A stretch of 63,551 bases of DNA, counting the filler, from Dimorphilus gyrociliatus (taxonomy: Eukaryota; Animalia; Annelida): NCBI GenBank assembly GCA_904063045.1. It is 3 parts of 3 records of this genome, joined end to end, with 100 filler letters (N's around TTAATTAATTAA, not from the genome) between each part and the next. Parts side by side here need not be neighbours in the genome. Positions count along the whole stretch, not along the records: positions 23,469 to 53,864 come from CAJFCJ010000136.1; 2 more parts are not named here. One strand, written 5' to 3'. Under the pieces are notes generated by a model. The model did not search any database and had not been told where the DNA came from. It saw only the letters and a program-made list of their open reading frames with translations. Position 1 is the first letter of the stretch. Every line of letters starts with the position of its first letter. Below, one piece after another: positions 29,401 to 41,756 of the stretch. A program made the position numbers and the translations under genes.

Positions 29401-31933
29401 AAGAATTCTGGTTGCTTCTAAACTACAGACAGATATACTATTATTGAGAGATATTAGAAGGAAATTACTTGATGATCACCTCTGGGTATCGGTAGGCACT
29501 AGACGAACAAAATCAAATTTTACAAGACTTCAACGATTATCAGTTTGTTTCGTTGCTCTATTTCTATCAATGATCGCTAGTTGTATGTTCTATAGAAATT
29601 CTGAAGAATCTAACCTTAAAACTGTATTAAGATTTGGAACTGTGACATTTACAGTATACGAATTATACGTTGGTTTCGCTAGTAGTGTTGTTGTATTTCC
29701 TGGCTTGATTCTAGTAACATTGCTATTTACATCAAAAAGATGGAGGAAGTATACAATTCCATTGGGATGGAGTATAGCAGCTACTACTGCAGCTGTTGCT
29801 GCTTTCTTTACAATTCTATACTCAATTCAATGGGGAAGGGAGAAATCATTAAAATGGCTTTTATCATTTTTTCTCTCATTTTTACAAAGTATTATTCTGG
29901 TCCAACCAACAAAAGTGATATTAGTTGCATTCATACTGACATATCTCTTTAAAAAAGACTTTGATCCAATGAAATACGAAGAGAACATCAGCGATATGAA
30001 AAAATTGGAAAAGGAAGATCTATCTCACATTCCAGAAGGTAAGGGGAAAAAATTCAATTTTTAATTTAAAAAATAAATTACAAATCAACATACAGATATA
30101 AATATTTATGAGAGATTAAAACATGCTTTAAATCAAACTGCTTTATTGAAAAGTGAAAAGTGTCTTGAAGATAAAATGAACAATATGATTAAGAGAATTC
30201 TCTTCCATACAATCTATTTACTATTTGTTATCTTCATATGTTATAGCAATCAGAATCCTATGCTCTATTATCAAAATAGGTCAATTTGTAATACAATACC
30301 AAATGTTACTAAGGTAACTAATTATAAAACATTTTGGAAATGGATTGAACATTACGCAATACCGGAACTTTATCCAAAATTACACTACCATAACAAGACT
30401 TTATCAGAATATAATCAAAAACATACAAGCGAGTTGAATCATATGAGATTTTCAGCTGTTAGATTATTTCAAATGAGAGTTAAACGAGATGATTGTCAAC
30501 TTGTTGGCAATTTAAAAAGATACTTTTCGAAACGTCATTGTTTCGGTTATTATTCAGAGAATAATCGACTTGAACAGAATTTTTCGATATACTGGGGTGA
30601 ATTTAATATAAATAGAACTAATCAAGCTTTTATCTATTCGACAGAAGGTAGAGGTTTCTCAGTATCATTAGGACAACAGGCCGATGAAGCCTTGGCAAGG
30701 GTATTTGAATTGAAAAAATATAGATGGATAGACCGTCAAAGCCGTTACGTTAAATTAGAATTAACAATACTAAATCAGGAAATTGTTTCTCAAGCTGCAT
30801 GGACATTTGAATTTAAGCCTATAGGTGGGATAATTGTTAAATTTCGAAGTGATTCCCTACAACTTTACAGATATACTGGAGCTGGTGGCTTAGTTTCTCT
30901 CATATTCGAAATTCTATCTATACTAATATGGCTTATTTTAATTGCTCAATGCGTATACCGTTACGTTAAATACTTAGAAACTCCTCCTCTATTATTACTA
31001 ATCTCGTTGGTATGCTTCCTTTGCGCCATTTTATTATACATTTCGAGGACGATAATTGGTGTGAAAACCATTGAGAATGTAATGAATTCAAGAAGTGAAT
31101 ATGTAGATTTGTCGATATTCTTTCAATCTCACGATTATTTTATGATATTTATTGCTTTTTGCGGATTCTTTGGTCAACTTCACGTATTAAATTTATTGAA
31201 AATATCAAGAACAATTTCTGTTCTTGTTGGTACACTGAAAAAATCTAGAACAGATTTAATAGGCCTAGGATTTTGCAGTTGCATTGTATTTATCGCTTAC
31301 GCTTCTTGCGGCTATATTATTTTTGGTAGAAATATGATTAATTATAAAAGTTTTAAATATTCATGTTACTCTTTAATACTAACCATTTTTGGACATTTGA
31401 ATTTTGAAAAATTATCAGTTTTTAATGGAATTGTGGGTAAAGTTTACATTACGTCATTTGCATCAGTAATGACGTATCTAATTTTAAATATATTTATTAC
31501 AACTTTGAATGGATTTTTAACTGCGGTCAAACGTGATCCAACGGTTTTACCAGAAGATCATCAAGTATTTCAATACATTACTAAGAGTATTAAGAAAATT
31601 TTTTCAAAAATTGACGACACGATAAAAAAGCCGATACTTGAAAATGATAATGATAAGGATAATAATAAATGCAAAGGTTAATTTAAATGTTTAAAAATTT
31701 GAATACATTCGAAATTAAATTAGAATTTTCTCTTTCTCTCTTTAGAATTATGTAATAGGATTGAACATTTGGAAAAAATTGCTAACTCTTGGAATTCTTA
31801 TCTTGATAGAGAATTATTTGATGTCATATTAAAAGCAAGTAAATCAAAATGTAGAAATTCAAAATGCTTTGCAAAAGAATTAATAGAAATTTGTGAAAAT
31901 TCAAAAAAGAAATCAGTAGATCATTTGTTGTAA
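23469..31933 (+). CDS. Polycystin-1-like protein (PKD repeats, REJ, degenerate GPS, PLAT, 11-TM with channel-like domain); 5' truncated by the gap
   Basis: Exons 23469-26496, 26545-27397, 27458-27583, 27656-27743, 27804-30038, 30096-31676, 31746-31933. PKD motifs IDFGDG/LNFGDG/FDLGDG. REJ motif (LSYDPD..FQWHCR). PLAT motif (YEVHVYTG..GGTKSTV..FEKGS..WFL..KCEKWLS). DDHLWVSV..FTRLQRLSVC follows, then five TMs and a six-TM channel-like domain. Confidence 0.93.
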
Positions 31934-32797
31934 TTTTTTAAATAATATAAAATACTTTATTGTTGTTGTAATGTATTGAAATAAATGAATTTAGAATAGC
32001 TATTGTGTAATGTCTCCTGATGATAAACTTTCCATCAAGGTTGAAGGCATTTTTAGGCTTAGCAAAGTAGAAATTAACTACTAACTACAAGATCTAACTG
32101 ACATACAACTAAAAATCCTGATTGGATTTGTCTAAATGGGTTGAAAGAGTAAAAAACTATTCAAGTTGTTAAATACAAAATAGATCAACAAAATATTTTC
32201 CTCTCTCTTAACAATAAGTATTTCTCTTGAGAGCCAATCATTGTTGTTGATATATTAATTTCTCTGCAATTATAGATCAGGTGTACAAGGTATTAATTAT
32301 GTTTATAAGAATTTGTAATTTTTGGCCAAGTGCCAAAAAAATTTTTTCCTGTATTTATAACAAAACTTTTAATAGGGTGAAAATGTGAACTAATAAAAAT
32401 TTCAAATAGATATTTATAAATGGAATTAAAAATTTAGAAACATAACAATAAAGTAATATTTATTGAATCTGCTTTACTATTTAAAACTATTCAAGTGATG
32501 ATATTAAGTATTTAGAGTAATATTTTGAGTAATTTATAACTCTATTCAAAGACTTCCATAAATTTAAAGTTTATTAGTAAGTCTAAAAACAACTTTCAAA
32601 AGAATTAAGGGAAAAGCAGAAGCAGAGAGAAAGAATGACAATGGTAGCTCACATTCTCTCCTATATCATTTTATTATTTACATCTGGAATATTATACATT
32701 GAGTCTCGTCGTAACAGTTTGTATTCTGTCGACCACGTTTTCTTTCATTCATCTAAATTACAATAGTAATTTCTTTTCCTTTTATCCCATAATATAG

Positions 32798-34188
32798 TGT
32801 GTTTTACGGAAGAGGTCAAAAATCGTCTAATACAAAGTAACAATATTAATAGTACGCTAAATGTTACCCTGGAAACGTGTAAACATATGTGCCTGCTAGA
32901 TTCGAATTGCATGTAACTAATTCAAATTTTTGCTGCTATTTTCCAATATTTCTAGATTGATATCAATTAATTTTAGGTCAATTGAATATTTTAAATCAAC
33001 ATTGAACTGCCATACAAACAGCGCGGATAGATATTCAAATCCAAACTCTTTTCGATCGCATATTGGTGCCACGTATTATGGCCGACTAAACGGAGTATGT
33101 GGTAAGGATTTCAATTACAGACACAAATATTTCCATCTTTAGCATATTTTATTGAAACAGATCAAGTTATCAATCCTGGACAGTGTGAAAATATAACAAA
33201 CACAAGATGCGGTTCCAGTGAGACTGTACAAGGTTATTGCGAAGCCTATGGATGCTGTTCTGTTGGAGGCAAATGTTATTATGACAATACTTTTGTACCT
33301 GGATTTATTAAAGTCACGAGAACGACGCAATTTACTTCAAAATTAAGAGTGTTTAGCGCAATTACTTTTAAAGAATGCACTAGAAAATGCTTACAACTCT
33401 CCGCTTGTAGTTGTTGTGAGTATGATTACGTAACAACTGTATGCATCCTGTCATCTGATTTTTGCAAAGAAACTGGTAACACGAATTTTGCTGACAAAGT
33501 TACTTATCATAGACTTGCGCAAAAGTCTCTAACTTGCTTTACAGCTAAATGTGGGGTAGAAGGACAGCATCCTGTAGAAAGTACAAAAGAATGCAAAGAC
33601 ATATGCGATAATCAAATTGGCTGTGATATGATTGTTTACATTCCTGATCGAAGACTGAGTCAGTGTTCTGCAGTAAATTTGGCGGCAGATGTCTGCGACT
33701 ACAATTTGGCAGCCTCAAGAAAGTACGTTATAATTCAATCCTGCACTAATGGACCAATTTTTGATGACATAAAATCTACAAGTAGCCTAAAACTAAAGAA
33801 TATGATTGACGACAATGAAGAAACCTGCGTTGGAATAGAAACTGCTAAAACGTTCAATTTAAGAATTCCTTGGCCTTCTGTTAATTCCAATTTGAAAAAT
33901 TTCAAAATAGAAATTAAGGGTAAAAATCTGCAAAATTGTATTGACATTGTACAAAAATTGTCAAATTCTGGAATAATCGCATACATTCCGATGGAAATAC
34001 AAATAGAACCAAGTTTTATTGGTGACTTTTATAGTTGCACATTGATTAGTGGAGATGATAGGACGACTTGTACATATTCTTGTAATTGTGGAGAAGATTA
34101 TTGTCAAGCTGTCTATATTAAAGGTTTTGGAGAAACAGAAGCAAATATGGAAATTTGTTCTTATAATATAATAAATATAGAATATTGA
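32798..34188 (+). CDS. Cys-rich extracellular protein: PAN/apple + trefoil(P-type)-like + PAN/apple repeats + C-terminal beta-sandwich-like domain; first exon unresolved
   Basis: Exons 32798-32912, 32977-33101, 33161-34188 join in phase. PAN-like patterns TLETCKHMCLLDSNC, TFKECTRKCLQLSAC and STKECKDICDNQIGC. Trefoil-like QCENITNTRCG...CEAYGCCSVGGKCYY. Confidence 0.7.
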
Positions 34189-34797
34189 AATGATTAGAAT
34201 ATTCAATAAAACTGTCATTGAAGACAACATATGCATGATTCCAAGAGCCTCCATCTTTGTTAGATTTTTGGGATCAAAAAGAATTTGCAAAATCCTTTGA
34301 TTTAATTTGAGTCCACCATAGATTTATTGTTGAAAATAGACGAGTTCCACACACATACCTCATTTGCATATTAAGTTCAGATAAGTACCTTAAAGAAAGA
34401 TATAGTTAAATTGACGATTTTGGTCTCAATATTGAATAGGTGTGAAATCTTCCCGATCAGTTTGGATCAAATAATCCTGACAAATCAAAGATAAACCTTC
34501 TACTGGAATTTTCCACTTCCAGGTATTTTTTTCAAGGACAAATCTTTTGTCTATACCGTATATTATAAAACATAGATTTAGGTAAATGTAATTTACAATA
34601 AGAAGGCTATTTTGTCATTAGGCAATTACCTGAAATAGTACTCAATATTAATCGTGTCATCAATTATTGAGTTATAAAGGATGTGAGTTCAACAGGGATC
34701 GTTTTAGACTAACCCTTCATTTTTTATGTTTTGAAAAATGATAGTATAATGAAAATATATTCGTTTTGTTCCTGATTGAATGCTGATTTATTTAATG

Positions 34798-35732
34798 TTA
34801 ATCTTTCAAAAAAGAAAAATAGTCATAACTGGCAACTCGTCTCTTGACATTGCTCACTATGAAGCATTTTTTTGGAAGCTTATACGAAAAACCCTTACAT
34901 GTCGAGTCGGCCTTGCACTTTTCAGCACATTCTGAGATAGTATACTTTGTAAATTCTTCTTTGGTGCCCCTCAGAAATGTGTAGGGATACCTGGTATATC
35001 CTTCAGCTTCCATTTTATCTGTTTGAAAACGTTGGAATTATTGTGTTAGTTTGGTTTTTTTAATAAAGAAAAAAACACTCACATTTTCTGTCCTTGACAT
35101 AAATAATATTGTTTTCGTCTGGACCCGGGGAAGAAAGCTTAAAAATCTTCAAAGTCTGACATTTCCTATATCTTGTATGATATTGGACAGCAAAGCACGA
35201 TTTATCATTTTGGCATTTTTTGACACAGTCGACATGAGACATGACTATATAGGTTCGTCTTATTTGGTTTTGTTTTTCACTTACTCTCACTCCATCCAAA
35301 ATTTTAAAACCTTCAATGTTATCTATTTATAGAAAAAAAATTATGAAATATAAATTTTTGTTCATTTTCTGTTCAATTTAATACTTACAGGATTGATCTT
35401 TAACGTAGAGATCAACAATTGTCCTTTTGGCAGACTTTCCCGACTGGTAATATGTGTAGCATGTATTCATATAGAATCGGAATGATGCGCAGTGCGGCAC
35501 AAAGGAACAACTGTTAGAGCAGTCCTGAAGGGACTTGTGCTTTTTATCAGAAATTTTAAATCCAGCCGGTTCTTTTGGCCCTCTAACTCTTTCATAAGTT
35601 ACAAACGCCTTGCCTTTAGAAAAATATTAGGGGTATTGGTCTACTTCGTCAATAAAGAATAAGCTGAAACATCTACTTACAATTTTCATAAGTGCATAGT
35701 AGCAAGCAGACAAAGGTAGCTGAAAATTTCAT
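34798..35732 (-). CDS. Secreted protein with three PAN/apple-like domains
   Basis: Exons 35732-35681 (signal peptide MKFSATFVCLLLCTYENCKA), 35613-35389, 35322-35083, 35018-34798, all phase-1 introns with GT-AG ends. One C-x3-C-x5-C module per exon (DCSNSCSFVPHC, DCVKKCQNDKSC, ECAEKCKADSTC). Confidence 0.85.
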
Positions 35733-36564
35733 ACTTTTAAGTAGAATTTAAGGAATTGAGAAAATTTGGCAAATGTTCAAATGCTCTTCAAATATATACT
35801 TTTGTTGGTAATAAAATATTTTTAATTATTCTACAAGCTGTTGGAACTGTTTTCGAAATCATTTATACTTGTCAAATATAATAAATGGATTTGTCATTTG
35901 AAATTTCTCTAATATATTGTTTATATATGTGTTGTTAACATATTTCAATAGTAAAATTAAGCAGTTGGTGTTGTTTGTTCAATAACTGTAAGAAAATATG
36001 TTGAATATCCAAATTTTAGGTCAGATTTGTCATGATAAAGATAAAGTCACTGTGAACACTACTTTTTATATTTATATGAGAATTATTAAATGGCTATTTT
36101 GGTAAGGAGCAGAGTCTGATTGATTGATTTTTTAGTAACTATCTCTATGATTGAAGGTAACTTATCATTATCTTGCAGATAAGTAAAGAAATGATTAGCG
36201 CTACTGCTTTGAAAATCATCTTCAACCTATAAATAGGCAATAAATTTTGTTCTGTATATGAAGTAGGCCTATTCTACACTTGATATATATTGGGTGTTGC
36301 TATTAGACATTCCATTTTGTAATAAAATGGTATATTGCATTTTTTTGCAGTTTTTACACCTTTCAAACTACTCCATTTTGAATCCAATTCAAAATTCACA
36401 TCAATCATAATAAAAGAAATATTAATTTCACCTAAAATATGAATAACTATGATAAATAATTCGTAGAATTTGTTGTGAATACTTAATTCTCTTTTATTCA
36501 TTTTCATTCTTTGTTGTCTTTCCAACCAGATATTTCTAACTTGTTTTTTAAATCCTTTTTGAAA

Positions 36565-37911
36565 ATGTTTTTGGGTTTTTTTGAAAAACTTACTTGGAGT
36601 TTACAGATTCTATCTCTAATTCTAATAAATACTGGTATGGTTATTCACTTTCTCTCTCATCTCTCTAGCTTCTATTAACTAGTTATTAAGAGTACTGTAT
36701 ACTTTTATAGGCTTAGGAGAAGAGGAACCATGCTTAAATGATATTACAGTTGGTCCAGACTTGAACAAGAAGCCCGTGTCAAATGACATCCAGAATGCTG
36801 TCAATCTCGTTGTAGGATTTACATTTCCCTGCGATGGATTTATAAAAAGAGTAATTTTTGATAGTATGGGCAAAGATTATCCCCTCCATATTGGAATTTG
36901 GCAGAAACTATCTTCTAATCCGTTATCATTCGCCTGTAAGCATAAAATTACGATTCCCAACACAACAGTTGTGGGAATTTTAACATTCAACCTAACGGAA
37001 CCAATCCTTGTCAAGAAAAACGACACAATCAGCTTCGATATTATCGAAAACCATCGCCATAATATCAGAACGTCCTTTAACGGAAACGATCCCCAGACAA
37101 CAATCCTTTATCAGGTCTATACTACTCAGCATTCATCAATTGTTTTCATCTTTTTAACTCTAATCCCTTTTTCTTATAGACATATAGTGAAAACAATTTT
37201 GAAAAAAATATTGCAGTTAACAGAGTTTTCCAATTAACCTCTTTTACAGCTCCCATGTACTATGCTGTTAATTTTGATGTGATTTCAATGCAGAATTACA
37301 GTAAGTCAAATTCCTTATGATTTGTGTTTTATTAATATACCTTATTGTCTAGAACCACCTGATAAGTGTCTCGAAGACACAACTATTTTTGGTCCATCAC
37401 CGATAAATAGGAGAGAAAGTGGTGGAAATTTTTTAAATATAATAGTACATCCAAGTTTTCCTTGCAACGGTTATATCATGAGTTTTCAATTTTATAGAAA
37501 AAAAGTTGGTGAAGGTTTTGTTGGAATATGGAGACCACTTCAAAACCAAATATCAACTTTAAAATACAAACTAATACATAAAATCCCAATAGCTAATAGT
37601 GCTGCACTTCAAATTCAAACAGTAAATTTGGTAGAGCCGATTGCAATTGAGACTGGCGACGTCTATAGTGTATTACATAAGAGTAGTATACATCATATAA
37701 TAGCTAATGATATTGGCAAAGCAGAATATCCTTCAGTGATTCTTATTTAAATAGATATTTAAACAAGAAATATCTCATATTTTAATTTCCTTTCTACAGG
37801 TTTGTACCAATTCATTAACATATGGACAGTTACCAATCGGTCACATATTTGATTGCGCAACTTCGGGTAACAACTTCAGAATATATTCAATTCAATTTAC
37901 AATTAGAAACA
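36565..37911 (+). CDS. Putative secreted protein with two tandem ~150-aa beta-rich domains (DUF4082-like pattern); 3' end unresolved
   Basis: Exons 36565-36634 (hydrophobic leader), 36711-37114, 37180-37300, 37353-37735, 37800-37911, in phase. Internal duplication FPCDGFIKRVIF..IGIWQ..HKITIP..NLTEPILVKKND versus FPCNGYIMSFQF..VGIWR..HKIPIA..NLVEPIAIETGD. Confidence 0.75.
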
Positions 37912-37984
37912 GTAAGATATTCTTTTTCTTAATCCCGACTAAATCATCATCATCATACATTTTTCTTTTACATATAATGTAAAC

Positions 37985-38190
37985 TACAGAAATATTGGAA
38001 CACCCCAAATTATGATAGGCCAAATTTTGCCAGTCCATGTCATAAAGTGATCAAGTCCACATAGTGAGAATCTAGCCTCATCTGTAAAAAAAAAAACTCT
38101 AAATCAGTCTAGATTTTCATTAATCATTTAGAGACAATATCCTTTCTCCATTTTCAATCTGTAGAGGTGAAATCTGTTCTTTGCTGATAT
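37985..38190 (-). mobile_element. Internally deleted relic of the same Tc1 family
   Basis: TIR motif ATTGGAACACC..AATT..ATAGGCCAA joined to sequence matching 9061-9150 (GTGAGAATCTAGCC..CAGTCTAGATT). Confidence 0.75.
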
Positions 38191-38434
38191 ACTTTAATTA
38201 ACTTAGAAAAGCAAATAAGTTGTGTGAGGTGGTCTACTTGAACACCAAAACAGATGTAAACATAATAGTAAAATATTCATTTTGTATGGCCAAATAAAGA
38301 ATAAATTTATGAAAATTTCTGTATGTAAAGAGTTTTTAGAATTTTCTAATAAAAGAAGATAAATCAAATCAGGAAGAGTTCGGTTGCCTATGAAAGGTAT
38401 GTAAAAAAAACCTAAGAAACAATTCTTTATCCTT

Positions 38435-38845
38435 TCATTTTTCTGTATTATCATTGTGATTTAAGCGCAAATTCAAATTTTCCAGATCTGTTCGGACTCT
38501 AACGTATCCGTGAATAAAACCTCTACAAGATGGACATCGTGATTTTTGCAGATTTGGCATACAATCTTGACAAATTAATAAATGACTGCATGGTAAAAGC
38601 AAACAATTTGCCACATTGCAATAACAAATTTTACACTGAAGCAGGTCTATTATCTCGTAAAAAGTTTGACATTCTTCTTCGTTTTCTGAACTGTGCAGAA
38701 TACTTGAATCTCTGATAAAAAAATATAAATAATACTCAAATATTAATATTAATCTAGATATTATAATTTCAATCTTACTCTGATGACATTTGTTAGCATG
38801 AATACTTTTGAGATGAGCTGAAAATTTCGTATTTTCTTCCTTCAT
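38435..38845 (-). CDS. Small RING-finger protein (C3HC4, IAP/MDM-type RING)
   Basis: CKICYCNVANCLLLPCSHLLICQDC..CPSCRGFI matches the IAP-type RING. The 5' exon structure is uncertain. Confidence 0.75.
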   Translation of the reverse strand: MKEENTKFSAHLKSIHANKCHQSKIEIIISRLILIFEYYLYFFIRDSSILHSSENEEECQTFYEIIDLLQCKICYCNVANCLLLPCSHLLICQDCMPNLQKSRCPSCRGFIHGYVRVRTDLENLNLRLNHNDNTEK

Positions 38846-40695
38846 TTAATGATTTTCATTTTGTGAATTATTTAAATTTCTGAAATAGAAAGAAGGGTTC
38901 ATTACAAATTAAATCATGATTCCAAAATAATTACCTCTGTGTCAGTTGTCAAGAAAGGCCTGGCATAGATATATATTAGACGTTTTGTTTGTTTGTTGTT
39001 TTTTCGTAGTCATGATAAGAAAGGTTAAGAAAATTTTGTATGTTATGTGTGAATAATAATGAATGTATATCAGTATTTTAACGTCACTATATACAGAGTT
39101 ATATACAGAGAAGGCCTGTAGTTTTTAATTACAATGTAGCGATCGAATCTAATAAATATAGTTGAAATAGTGAATAGGCTTTTCTTTTTCTTTCCTAGAA
39201 GGCTAAGAATACAAAATGAGAACAGTAGGTCATTCCCCAGCCTTATAGACTATGAATAATATTCTTTAAATAAGGTTCAATAAAATTTTATTGATAATTT
39301 GGATTAACTGACGCAAAGTCTAAGGGAAAACATGAAAAACCAACATGAACTTTTCTTTATAGAAATAGTATTCATTTTGAGTATAAATTTCCTCTTTGAG
39401 TATGACAAAAGACTGCTAAAAGCTAAAGGTTTATGACCAAAAATCTTTGAATGAACCATATGTAAAGCAACTGGTAAAATACGAAATAGATTCTCCTTGT
39501 CAACGTGTCTTGATTTGTACTTTGCATAGAAATTTTTTATAAATATTTGGTGTTTTTACAACAAAATATTCATCTTTGTCTTTAAAAACTAGATTATAAG
39601 TAAACATTTGATTATCCATTGCAATAAAAACTGGTAGAAAGTTGTTTTTTAGTAGATTATACTCTTTTTTTTGAATTTACGCGATGAATTTCTATGGAAA
39701 CATTCAATAACTAATTGAAATTTTGTTAAGTAAACATCATTTCTACTGCAAAAGATCCCATCAGCCAAAAGCTGACTTTTAGAATGTTACCCGAGAGACT
39801 CAAACAATTACAATCCACACTGGAAGAGCCACTGAAAGGCAACAGAGATTAATTGATGATCCAAGGGAGTATCAAGAGAAACATTATAACTTGAAAACAA
39901 ATCAGAGGAGAAAGAGTAGTTCAGTTTGTTAACACAGCAAACAGATTAATAACATATTTCTTTCCACCTAGGTCAATCAACCCACAGTTGCTTATAACTA
40001 TGAAAGAAATGAACCTGATGGAAGTTCTATATAGAGGATTACAAGAGGATATTTTACATTTGGAAAACATCTTGCATCCTAGATGACAGACATTGGCAGA
40101 ACTACATGAAGCTACTAGGAATACAGAAATCACATTAAAGTTAAATCAGAGAAAACCTATCACAATGGGGTCAAAATTGGAAAGTCAGAAAATGAAAGGA
40201 CCCAAAAAGACCAAAGTGATTAGCAAAGATGCTTCTACAGAAACTCCAAATTACTGGAAAGAGGAACCTAAGCTGCCAAAAAGTAGAAATATTGGACAAT
40301 GATAGCCTGTCAGAAAATGATGAGATTCAAGATATTTCTGCTGTCCAGAATCTGAACTAAAGGCCACCAAAATTCTAGAAAAATTCAAAGAAACTACTGC
40401 AGAATACAGATTTGATATTAGCAATACAGATGCTCCACCCTTGGAAATTACTTTGAAACCAGGTTTGAATAAATCAATGGATTAAGTAGAGCATTTATTT
40501 TGCAAAAATATTGCAACAATTAGTGAATAGATGTTGCTATTGATGTAGATTTAAAAAAAACTGATAAAAGTGAAATAGGAAACCAACATATCAAATTTGT
40601 TGTTATTATCAAAAGCACACAGTCTTCATCACCTTATTCAAGTTAACCTTGTCCCATTTACTCTTTTTCAACTTTTCAAAAGACTTTTTAACAGT

Positions 40696-41053
40696 TTACA
40701 CCATCATCATATAAAGAATACTAATTGTGATGCTTAATACAAACAGCAGAACACCAAACACAAAAAATGAATATAACCAACCTTCACTTTTCTCATTTGT
40801 TATATGCAAGTTAAAGCAAATTGGAGATTTTCCATAAAAATCTTTAAGTGTTTGCTGATTGTTGAAATCCTTCACAGATATTAAAAAATTCATTTTCCAT
40901 CCCTTTACTATATGATAAAGAACAGCTTTTAAGCAAATTTCCCAATTGCTTACATTGTTCTGCATTCAAATCACCCACGCAAAATTCAAGACTTTTTAGA
41001 GTGGTTGATGATTGTTGAAGTCCTTCATAAATATTAAAGAATCCCTTTCCCAT
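40696..41053 (-). pseudogene. RNI-like LRR gene fragment (3' part), frameshifted
   Basis: MGKGFFNIYEGLQQSSTTLKSL..LNAEQCKQLGNLLKSC is the same repeat type as the intact genes at 60145-62810. Confidence 0.75.
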
Positions 41054-41529
41054 ATTTTTTTCGCAATAGTTGAATATTCATGGTTATGAAATGGTTATAA
41101 TTTATAGGTTTATGATTATAACAGTGGCTGTCCATTTTTTATAAAAAAAAAAAGTCAAGCTTGTTTCCAGATGTTCTAAAATTAAAGAAATAGATTTACT
41201 AGGATAATTTTTACATGGAAAATGGATTTTTTGAAAACCCTTCAAGCATCAAACACAAAAAAAAGTTTCACCCACAATGTGTACAATTTCATTAGAAATA
41301 ATAGCATTTTGTAAAACAGTACTACATAACCAAAAATACATATAAGCAGATAAAAAGATATTATTACTATTAATAGAAAGTGGAATCTTGTTTTAAAACA
41401 ATTTCATATCTGTTCCTCCATTCTCAAGAATAGGATTGTTACAATCCCTTTGCCTTCTTTAAATGCCATCATTCCGTCTGAAAGTTAGTCTTGATTGACT
41501 GTTCACTCCAATCACCTGCTGTAGGGTAC

Positions 41530-41745
41530 TTTAAATCCTCAAGTCGGACAACATGACGATCAAGAACAAGTATCCATTGTCAAATAAATCCAAGACAGAC
41601 AAACTATTCCAACTAATGCCCTCAGGTTTTGCAAAAGCTTTTTGTAGCTATTACAGAGAGTTTATACAAGATTTTGCAAGAGTAGCTAAACTTCTGTATA
41701 CCTTAATGAAACTACATGGGAAAAAGGATAAAGCTTCAAAGCTTT
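41530..41745 (+). mobile_element. Ty3/Gypsy reverse transcriptase relic, internally deleted
   Basis: MTIKNKYPL, FQLMPSG (cf. MPFGL) and YYREFIQDFARVAKLLYTL (cf. YYRRFIxxFAxIAxPL) motifs in a single short frame. Confidence 0.7.
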
Positions 41746-41756
41746 TGAAGATTGAT

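Noticed and set aside
33735-34290. Minus-strand ORFs 33735-33986 and 33961-34290
   Set aside because: Antisense shadows of the PAN/trefoil gene.
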